Of a stretch of 64,000 bases of DNA, positions 57,183 to 64,000 are shown one piece after another. The notes under the pieces are model-generated. The model saw only the letters and a program-made list of their open reading frames with translations. It was not told the origin of the DNA and did not search any database. How positions within the stretch are numbered: position 1 is the stretch's first letter; each line of letters begins with the position of its first letter. This DNA is from a virus: positions 11,936-75,935 of the IMG/VR virus record IMGVR_UViG_3300008517_000034. One strand, written 5' to 3'. Made by a program: the position numbers and the translations under genes.

Positions 57183-58415
57183 TTATATCCTCCTCTCCAT
57201 ATTTTCTAATTCTTGTTCCATTTTCTGTGCTCGCGTCTTTAATTCATCAGTCAGGGGGACCAGTTCGGGATTGGCCTGAATATATTTATCCAAGGCTTCC
57301 AGCATCCCCAAGTCTTCTGAGATCTCTGCCCGTTGAGTCCGCTCTATAGGTTTGGATTTTTCAGCGATGGCTGCTACTAAAAAAGCTCCTTCTAAAGCAG
57401 AATTTATCTTATTAAAGTCCAGCGAATTCACTCCCTCTGCCGGCATAGTGTAGAAGATTCTTACTATTGCTTCGGACAAATCTTGCTTTTCGATTTCATG
57501 AAGTAAAGTAGTGGTAGGGTCTTGTTCTTGAAGGATAGTAATATCTATGGTGATGAATCTTCGCGCCGGGACAGGAATAAACTCATAAGAGGTTTTACCC
57601 CCTTCTATATTTACTAAGCAGAACCCCTTATCGTCTTTTTCTTCGCCGAAGTTTATCCTCTCGATGCTTCCCGGATAAACTACCGGGATGTCATTACCCA
57701 GATTAAGATCTTGAAATTTATGGATATGCCCCAGGGCTACATAATTAAATTCCTTTTGTGCTAACATTTGAGTTGGAAATACCGGGTCGCTACCTATAAT
57801 AACCGACCGCTCCGAACCGGAATAAGTTGCTTCTGCCACCGCCAGGTGAGCAGCGAAGATGGCCGGGATACCCGGTTTTACCATTCGAGCAAATTCCAAA
57901 ATCTTTTTACTAACTCTTTTTTGGATTTCTTTAGTTACTTCCTCATCGGTAAAATCTTTATATTCTTCTTTGCTAAGAAATAGGCTCTTGGTAGGCCAGG
58001 GCAGTCCGAAGATTTGAACCGGTCCCGCCTTAGTCTTGATGTTTAATAGCTCCGGTTCGGTCACTATCCTCGCTTTTGGCACCTGTAAAGTGCCGAAGAT
58101 ATCCAAAGAAGTAGCCTTGCCGAAAGATACAGGGTTATCGTGGTTCCCATTTATCAATACCACCGGGATTCCTGCCTCACTTAATCTGTAAATCTGTTTA
58201 GAAAATTCACGTTGGTGAGTAGGATTGGGGTTACTGTTTTTATAAGCATCACCAGCGAATATTACCAAATCTACCTTTTCCTCCAGAGCAATATCGATAG
58301 CGAAGCTAAAACATTTTATAAAATCCTTTACTCGGGTATGCAAACCAGTCGAGGGATCTATCCGCCCATAATTTTCCATACCCAGATGGACATCAGCTAA
58401 ATGTAAAAATTTCAC
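57183..58415 (-). CDS. sbcD: SbcD/Mre11 nuclease
   Basis: ADVHLG, AGD, GNHD, ALGHIH, YPGS. Confidence 0.95.
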   Translation of the reverse strand: MKFLHLADVHLGMENYGRIDPSTGLHTRVKDFIKCFSFAIDIALEEKVDLVIFAGDAYKNSNPNPTHQREFSKQIYRLSEAGIPVVLINGNHDNPVSFGKATSLDIFGTLQVPKARIVTEPELLNIKTKAGPVQIFGLPWPTKSLFLSKEEYKDFTDEEVTKEIQKRVSKKILEFARMVKPGIPAIFAAHLAVAEATYSGSERSVIIGSDPVFPTQMLAQKEFNYVALGHIHKFQDLNLGNDIPVVYPGSIERINFGEEKDDKGFCLVNIEGGKTSYEFIPVPARRFITIDITILQEQDPTTTLLHEIEKQDLSEAIVRIFYTMPAEGVNSLDFNKINSALEGAFLVAAIAEKSKPIERTQRAEISEDLGMLEALDKYIQANPELVPLTDELKTRAQKMEQELENMERRI

Positions 58416-58441
58416 TGTTCTCCTCCTCTTTTATAAAATCT

Positions 58442-58774
58442 TTAATTTCTCAATTGTTTCTTATCCTTATCTTTACTCGGGGTTATAGTTAATATTTGCC
58501 CTTCACCTAAAATGCTGGATATGACCGCTAGAATTATAGATTCAATAAGCATAATTGTTGTATTGATATCTTCTTTGGTAGGATTCTCGGGAATAGTTCT
58601 AAGGATTTCTTTTAAGCCCTGCGCTGTTAATCTGCGGAGCATGCCATGTTGTGTACTTGTGTATAAGTCTCGTGAAATTTTATTTATAACTTCATCAGCC
58701 TCTTTTTGTTCTTTGCTCATTTGATCCATGTGTGCCCTTTTCCACATTAATTTAATAAATTCTTCAGGTTTCAT
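58442..58774 (-). CDS. Hypothetical protein
   Basis: Co-oriented ORF with strong RBS. Confidence 0.6.
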   Translation of the reverse strand: MKPEEFIKLMWKRAHMDQMSKEQKEADEVINKISRDLYTSTQHGMLRRLTAQGLKEILRTIPENPTKEDINTTIMLIESIILAVISSILGEGQILTITPSKDKDKKQLRN

Positions 58775-58804
58775 TTTCTTTTTTTTCTCCTCCTTTTATT
58801 TCCT

Positions 58805-59083
58805 TCAATCCCCTTTATCCATTCTTAGAATAGTAACCGGTATCTTTTTTAGCTTCTTTTTCTTTCCACCTTTCCCTATATTAAGTATCCTCTGGTATTC
58901 TATCCATTTACCTTTAAGTCCTGGGATATCTTTTCCTTCAATGAAATAAGTTTGAGACATTTTCTGGATCTTTTTTCTATTTATAAATTTTTCTACTATC
59001 ATAGTTACTATCGCAATTTCAGGAATCCCAGCCTTTTTGGCTGCATCCGGGATCGAATATAATTTATTTGCATAAATTTTCAT
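58805..59083 (-). CDS. HTH DNA-binding protein (excisionase-like)
   Basis: LYSIPDAAKKAGIP...YFI pattern. Confidence 0.45.
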   Translation of the reverse strand: MKIYANKLYSIPDAAKKAGIPEIAIVTMIVEKFINRKKIQKMSQTYFIEGKDIPGLKGKWIEYQRILNIGKGGKKKKLKKIPVTILRMDKGD

Positions 59084-59182
59084 TCTATTTTACCCCTTAT
59101 TTTTTAAAGATAAGACTTCGGCATAATCGATCAATTCCGTGTTCTGAAGCAGATTTTAATATAGCCTTATAATCTTTCGGCA

Positions 59183-60595
59183 TTATCCTGCTCCCCCTTC
59201 TCTCTCGATTTTTACCATCTCTATTATTTTTTCTACTGCCTCCGGATTATCGAGTAGAGTTCGTTTTAGTTCCTCAATCGGACTTCCCGGTTCTTTTAAA
59301 TCAGCCTTGCGGGCAAAATAGGCTATTTCTCTCCAGGTAGGTATCCCTGCTTTTTTAAAGATCGCAAATATTTTATCTAACTTCCCTTCCTCTTCCCCAG
59401 ATTCAGTTGGCTCCAGGGCCTTCATTAAACGATTATACATATCCTTATTGGTGGTCAAGAGCTTCTTGATCGAGGTTTCGGAAAGTGTAGTCTGTAGCAC
59501 TTTTTCCTTTATCGCAAAATTTACAATCTGTCCCCAATTTTTAAGACCGACCTCAGAGGCCTTTTTCAGTACCTCTTCGATAACTTGAGCCTCCTCTTCT
59601 TTTTCCTTTTGGGAAATGGCCTTACTCTCCTGATATGATTTGACTTTATGTTTACCTTCAGCTATCTCTTCTTGTAATTTGGCCTCACGGTCTTTTGATT
59701 CCTCAAAATCTTTTTTTGAGTTTTCTCTCTCTGTTCGTTCTGTTTCTGCCTCTTCTATTTCTTTTGATTCTCTTAATTCCTCCACAGTTATCCCTCTAAC
59801 CTCTGCTTCTTTTAGTTCTTCTTTTTCCAGCTCCTCCGAGGTATAAATTTTTCTACTCTCGTCTTTTTGTTCTGATAGATCAGGGATTTCAAGCTCATAT
59901 TTTTTGCCTTGGCCCAGATATAATATTTCCCCTGCAGCAACCCTACTGATTTGTTCTAGAGTGGCTATGAGCTCTAAAGTTACCACCCAATGTATCTTCA
60001 TTTTAGCCGTTCCCGGTATCTTCAATCTTTTTTGTACTCTCCGCATCTTAAAGGGGACCATAGCCCAGCAGCCCCCAGTGGTTCTTTCGGCGAGAAAAAA
60101 AGCGCTGTTGAGTTCCTGGAAAGAAACCGTCCCCCCAACTTGACATTCATAGAATTTTCCTATGGAAACTGAAGGGATCATAAAACGCAGATGCCCCTTC
60201 TTATAACAACTTTTTCCTAAATATTCACAGGGACATTTTCTATCTTCCCAACTTCCATCTTTGAGATTTTTCCGTTGTGCGGTAACTCCATCTCCCCAAC
60301 ATAATAAGGCCTTATTCCTTCCATATTTTTCATAAGACTGTTGAAAAACCTTTTTTCGATCAGCTATCGGAAAGAATACGGTAATTTCAGTGGGCTTATC
60401 CCCAAATACCTCTCTGATTTCTTTTGGACAAACGAAGTAGTCCAACTCAACAGGATATTCCTCACCGGTTTTAGATGACACCCTTATCTCTCCCAGTTTA
60501 ATTTTCTCTTCCGACATCGGTAACTTTATTACACTGGTTACATCTTTAATCTCGCTATATCTACTAATATCGAATTTTTTCTTATTATTATCCAT
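59183..60595 (-). CDS. Gp3-like (recombination directionality factor-like) protein with acidic tail
   Basis: KIKLG...YPVELDYFV, LCWGDG, CPC...C...LRF. Confidence 0.6.
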   Translation of the reverse strand: MDNNKKKFDISRYSEIKDVTSVIKLPMSEEKIKLGEIRVSSKTGEEYPVELDYFVCPKEIREVFGDKPTEITVFFPIADRKKVFQQSYEKYGRNKALLCWGDGVTAQRKNLKDGSWEDRKCPCEYLGKSCYKKGHLRFMIPSVSIGKFYECQVGGTVSFQELNSAFFLAERTTGGCWAMVPFKMRRVQKRLKIPGTAKMKIHWVVTLELIATLEQISRVAAGEILYLGQGKKYELEIPDLSEQKDESRKIYTSEELEKEELKEAEVRGITVEELRESKEIEEAETERTERENSKKDFEESKDREAKLQEEIAEGKHKVKSYQESKAISQKEKEEEAQVIEEVLKKASEVGLKNWGQIVNFAIKEKVLQTTLSETSIKKLLTTNKDMYNRLMKALEPTESGEEEGKLDKIFAIFKKAGIPTWREIAYFARKADLKEPGSPIEELKRTLLDNPEAVEKIIEMVKIEREGGAG

Positions 60596-60632
60596 TAAGG
60601 TTCCTCCTTTTTTTTATATTTTCTAAAAAGTT

Positions 60633-60827
60633 TTATCCTAAAAACTTTTTGACAAATGCCCGAGATTTTACACTCTCTCTTAGATGGCTCATCCCGGAAG
60701 CCAGACATTTTGATTTCTTTGCCAAGAAAACACAGTCTTGTTTTTCTTCGGCCTTGGTCTGGGATCTGCCGAAGGCTTTTTTCGCAAATTTATCGATAAA
60801 CTTTTGTAATTCTTTAGCCCTTGCCAA
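60633..60827 (-). pseudogene. Frameshifted small Zn-binding phage gene
   Basis: After CVF the alternate frame reads GKEIKMSGFRDEPSKRECKISGICQK, the expected continuation. Confidence 0.55.
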
Positions 60828-60853
60828 TTTGCTCCACCCCCTTTCTGATTAGT

Positions 60854-61243
60854 TTAAATATTTAAGACCTTATTATAATTAGAAATCTGCTTTAGTGGCG
60901 AAATATATTTTTTCTTAAATAATCTGATTAATTCCCGTTTTATGGGATCGTTAAAACTTATAATGATATCTCCTTCAATTGTTATGGAAATACTACCTTG
61001 AACCCGTCCGGCATGCTCGGGAAGTCCTTCAAATATTTCTGTTATCTTTTTAACTAGTATCTGCTCTGTCTCTTCTGTCATTTTCATATATTTACCGCCT
61101 ATTTTTAGGATTAAATTTTCCCCAGCCCTCTCTTTCTCAATTCCTTTATCTCTAATTACATTATAAGCGTTTGCATAGTCATTTGTCAAGTCTTTTATCG
61201 TAAAATATTCATATTCTTCAATGGTTTCCGAATATTTAGTCAT
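60854..61243 (-). CDS. Hypothetical protein
   Basis: Co-oriented ORF. Confidence 0.55.
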   Translation of the reverse strand: MTKYSETIEEYEYFTIKDLTNDYANAYNVIRDKGIEKERAGENLILKIGGKYMKMTEETEQILVKKITEIFEGLPEHAGRVQGSISITIEGDIIISFNDPIKRELIRLFKKKYISPLKQISNYNKVLNI

Positions 61244-61399
61244 TTCGTTAGTTTTCTCTTATTTAAGCCGTCCGGGAAAATTTAGGCCTTCAAATTTCGC
61301 TTTTTATGCCCCCTCTTTTGCCCCTGCCTAGCCAATGATACCAGCCCCTTCCAAATAATGCCGTGTGGGCGCTTTGTGGCGCATCGGAAAAATGGCTAT

Positions 61400-61510
61400 A
61401 ACCCTTATAAATAAAGGCTTTCATTAATTCAGCGAAAAAACATCCCAAAAAATGTCTTGTAGGCGATTTTGGTGCGTCAGAAGGAATCGCTAAAACCCTT
61501 ATAAATAAAG
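61400..61510. repeat. 17-bp direct repeat in intergenic DNA
   Basis: AACCCTTATAAATAAAG at 61400-61416 and 61494-61510. Confidence 0.8.
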
Positions 61511-61544
61511 CATTATATTGATTTTCGGTAAAAAAAGAGACTTC

Positions 61545-62108
61545 CTACCACTCGCCCCAGTCAGGTTTCAACCCTAACTTCTTGTCTATTTTTATTAACA
61601 TTTTTATATCCAGCTCCTGCGACTCCTCAAAGTGAAGATTTAGTTTCAGCTTATTATTCACTGCCATTAAGATCTCTTCAGCTAACTCTCGGAGTCTTTC
61701 AACATCTTTTAAAGTATAGATAGCACCTTTTGTATAGCGGGCTATCCCGTGGCCCATCTCCAAGCCTGAATCCTGCAATATTTTTACTTTCTCTCTTACC
61801 TCATTCCATTCTTTTCCTTCTGGTGCTTCTATCTCGTAGAGATGATCCGAGGCGCCATTAGCCCATAAAGTAATTCCCTGGCTTAGAGCTTTTTCTTCGC
61901 CATAATAGGAGGAAAGTGCTTCTTTACAAATACTTATTTCTTTTAAATACTCTGGTAAAAAGTGCTGATGAAATTTAACCAGACAAACTACCAGACCTTT
62001 GCCAAATTCGCTTTTTTCTTTTTTAAAGTATTTATTTATAAAGTGCTGATGAAATTTTACTAGACTCGCTATCAAATCCCTGCAGAATTTACTCTTATCT
62101 TTTTTCAT
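61545..62108 (-). CDS. Hypothetical protein with internal duplication
   Basis: LVKFHQHF occurs twice; WANGASDHLYEI. Confidence 0.65.
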   Translation of the reverse strand: MKKDKSKFCRDLIASLVKFHQHFINKYFKKEKSEFGKGLVVCLVKFHQHFLPEYLKEISICKEALSSYYGEEKALSQGITLWANGASDHLYEIEAPEGKEWNEVREKVKILQDSGLEMGHGIARYTKGAIYTLKDVERLRELAEEILMAVNNKLKLNLHFEESQELDIKMLIKIDKKLGLKPDWGEW

Positions 62109-62497
62109 GATTTAGTTTCCCTTTTACTCTGACAGTGCATACAATTGCAGCCGATACCATGCTCCTCTGCTTTTAATTCTGGAAATGGTATATCTTTCGG
62201 CCAGACTACCTTTAATAGTTTTTTTAGTTGTATATCCGTATGATCAAACCAGGGAGAACGAATATATAATTTATTTTCTTTTTTAAATACTGTCATCTTA
62301 CAGGCCCGGCCTTTAATATAATCCATATCTAAGGCAAACTGTTTATCATTTTTCCATATATCTAATATTTCCTCTGCCTCTTCATCAGTCAGCTCACCTT
62401 CGGTAAAATGTAGCCAACCCAAACCTGCCGGAACTGATAGCCCATATACCTCTTTAACAAATTCGATTAAATTTACTCCGGTAATGTTTATTTCCAT
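62105..62497 (-). CDS. Hypothetical protein
   Basis: GLGWLHF, MDYIKGRACK. Confidence 0.65.
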   Translation of the reverse strand: MEINITGVNLIEFVKEVYGLSVPAGLGWLHFTEGELTDEEAEEILDIWKNDKQFALDMDYIKGRACKMTVFKKENKLYIRSPWFDHTDIQLKKLLKVVWPKDIPFPELKAEEHGIGCNCMHCQSKRETKS

Positions 62498-62517
62498 CTG
62501 TTCTTCTCTCTCTTCTA

Positions 62518-62763
62518 TTATTTGTCTTTTAAGATATCAAGCAGTTGTTTCCTGCCCCGGTAAGTATCCATCAGACTTCTCAAAAAATCTTTTTCTTCTG
62601 CTGAAAAGAGCTCCGGGGTTTGCTTATTTCTTCCTAAACCTATCTTTCTTAAACGATATGCTATGGTCCCTATACTACTTTTATGCTTAAGCGCAATTTC
62701 TGCATAAAGCTTGCCTTCATGAAAGTCTTTGATTAATTGGGTTTCGTCTATTTTTTTGCTCAT
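62518..62763 (-). CDS. HTH protein
   Basis: YAEIALKHKSSIGTIAYRLRKIG. Confidence 0.7.
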   Translation of the reverse strand: MSKKIDETQLIKDFHEGKLYAEIALKHKSSIGTIAYRLRKIGLGRNKQTPELFSAEEKDFLRSLMDTYRGRKQLLDILKDK

Positions 62764-62851
62764 ATTTCCCCTAAAAACAGCCCTTTTATTTTTTCAATTA
62801 AAATTCTGGTATGAATGTATTGGTCAGATTAAATTTCTCTGATTACGATGG

Positions 62852-63043
62852 TCAGGATTGCCTTATTTTTGATTTTTTCGATAATTTTCCAGTTTTCCTT
62901 TCCGGTCGTTTTGGTCTTTTACCCAGTCGAAAGGGATGCAGGGAGCAATCTGTTATATCGCATGATTCCCGTTCCTTATAACTATTCCCTGCGCATTCAA
63001 AACAGAATTGTCTTATTGCTTTTAGAGGTGTTTTATATTTCAT
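62852..63043 (-). CDS. Small Zn-binding phage protein
   Basis: TPLKAIRQFCFEC...C...CSLHPFRLG. Confidence 0.7.
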   Translation of the reverse strand: MKYKTPLKAIRQFCFECAGNSYKERESCDITDCSLHPFRLGKRPKRPERKTGKLSKKSKIRQS

Positions 63044-63070
63044 AAATGTATAGTTCCTTATTTTTTCTTC

Positions 63071-63147
63071 AAAAAAAAATAACGACCAGATAAAAACCTA
63101 AAATACTTCTCTTTTTAAAGAAGTGTTTAGGTTATCTGATCGTTATT
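63071..63147 (-). terminator. Long hairpin with U tract in the early leader
   Basis: AAUAACGAUCAGAUAACCUAAA / UUUAGGUUUUUAUCUGGUCGUUAUU followed by a U run. Confidence 0.65.
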
Positions 63148-63198
63148 ATTCTTAAGGTATTTTGTTTTCTTAATGTGTCAGATGATTGGTCAAATGAT

Positions 63199-63226
63199 TG
63201 GTCTTATAATATATCTTATGTATAGT
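63199..63226 (+). other. dif-like site, candidate attachment site
   Basis: TGGTCTTATAA-TATATC-TTATGTATAGT in 11-6-11 layout at the phage/host junction. Confidence 0.5.
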
Positions 63227-63234
63227 AATATCAA
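63206..63234 (-). promoter_or_regulatory. Sigma70-type promoter for early genes
   Basis: TTGATA-N17-TATTAT. Confidence 0.55.
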
Positions 63235-63326
63235 TTAATCCATAAAAATATTAATACCTACCGAATGTCCTATAATTTTATATACCTTATTGTGTACTAA
63301 TGAAGCATTTCTTTATTTTATATTTG

Positions 63327-63665
63327 TTAGCAAGTTAAATGAAAGGCAGCAATTACTTTTTTATTTTGGTAAAGCTGATTATATTCGTCACAGGCTTCTT
63401 TAGTCTTTTTTATGATAACTTCAATATTTTTTGATTTTAAATACGTTATAAGATCAGAAGGTACTTTCATTAGACCGTAAGCTCCTGTCCCAATAATTAA
63501 TACTTCCGGTTTTTTATTTATTATTTCCTTTATATCATCAATACAAAGATTGTGCCCTTCTTTCCTCCACCAACTATCATAAATATAATCTTTAAAGATA
63601 ATAAGATCTGAACTATATTTTTTTCCATTAATTAATATTTGTCCAAAAGTATAACTTTCTATCAT
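63327..63665 (-). CDS. Mth938-like (DUF498) protein, host-type
   Basis: IESYTFG...INGKKY..DLII, WWRKEGH, LIIGTG, AAFHLTC. Confidence 0.9.
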   Translation of the reverse strand: MIESYTFGQILINGKKYSSDLIIFKDYIYDSWWRKEGHNLCIDDIKEIINKKPEVLIIGTGAYGLMKVPSDLITYLKSKNIEVIIKKTKEACDEYNQLYQNKKVIAAFHLTC

Positions 63666-63757
63666 GTTATTCTTATCCCTTTAATCGTAAAAATTATTAT
63701 TTATAGTTTATATGGGATTAATATTGGTTTAGTAAGGGTTAGTATTAACGATATATG

Positions 63758-64000
63758 TCATTTTCTGATGATTATAGAAGCATAACCAACTACCTGGCCA
63801 TACATTCCCGAAACATCTCCTGAAGTAGCGTATTTTAGCAATTCTGCTTTTTTTGCACCTAATGTTTCACAAACAATAAGCATTACAGTAATTGGACCAG
63901 GACCACACATAGTTAGATTCTGTCTATAAATTATATCGTATAGTTTCTTAGGATTGAATTCAAGAATGGCATTTATTGCTTGTTTATCAACGTTTTCAGC
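63758..64000 (-). CDS. amrB: AmmeMemoRadiSam system protein B (MEMO1 family), C-terminal part, host-type
   Basis: Hand-translated ...TMCGPGP...AELLKYATSGDVSG...VVGYAS. Confidence 0.88.
   Translation of the reverse strand, partial: AENVDKQAINAILEFNPKKLYDIIYRQNLTMCGPGPITVMLIVCETLGAKKAELLKYATSGDVSGMYGQVVGYASIIIRK

Larger units (their letters stand above)
1..63200 (-). mobile_element. Prophage of siphovirus type; left end beyond the window
   Basis: Co-oriented terminase-portal-MuF-protease-capsid-neck-tail tube-chaperone-tape measure-tail tip order plus replication genes; no sheath gene; host-type genes start at 63327. Right boundary approximate. Confidence 0.93.

Noticed and set aside
1636-63045. 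All plus-strand ORFs in the track, and nested minus-strand ORFs such as 5321..5506, 8905..9087, 19692..20045 and 56571..56891
   Set aside because: They are shadows of longer genes with recognisable motifs and show no protein-like features.
1-64000. Stop-codon reassignment
   Set aside because: Long genes are intact under code 11 and end in all three stop codons.
54592-64000. Naming the host taxon (impression of an anaerobic low-GC lineage such as Atribacterota)
   Set aside because: Cannot be supported without a database search.

Overview
Nearly the whole window (1 to ~63.2 kb) is one AT-rich prophage of long non-contractile-tail (siphovirus) type, coded entirely on the minus strand. In transcription order (right to left) it contains: early genes (Gp3-like recombination protein, SbcD/SbcC, lambda-O-like initiator with iterons, helicase loader, DUF5131, ClpP-like protein, many small ORFs); a 664-aa TerD-related gene preceded by three covarying RNA hairpins; a radical SAM gene, a nuclease and four tandem DNA methyltransferases; TerS/TerL, portal and MuF-metallopeptidase; an unusual enzyme block inside the head operon (MBL-fold/ATP-dependent ligase/phosphoesterase fusion, Dam-like MTase/NTase-like fusion, two endonucleases, XkdF-like protease); scaffold, capsid and neck; tail tube, -1 frameshifted tail chaperone and tape measure; tail-tip and fibre genes, two with signal-peptide-like N-termini. 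The left end of the phage (and presumably lysis genes) lies outside the window. The last ~0.7 kb holds host-type genes (Mth938-like, AmmeMemoRadiSam B), and a dif-like site sits at the junction. No integrase or CI-like repressor is visible. Several frameshifts suggest decay or assembly error. Best novelty candidates: the hairpin array plus TerD-like protein (possible ribonucleoprotein system) and the head-operon DNA end-healing/sealing/methylation cargo. Family calls come from motif recognition by eye; no searches were run.
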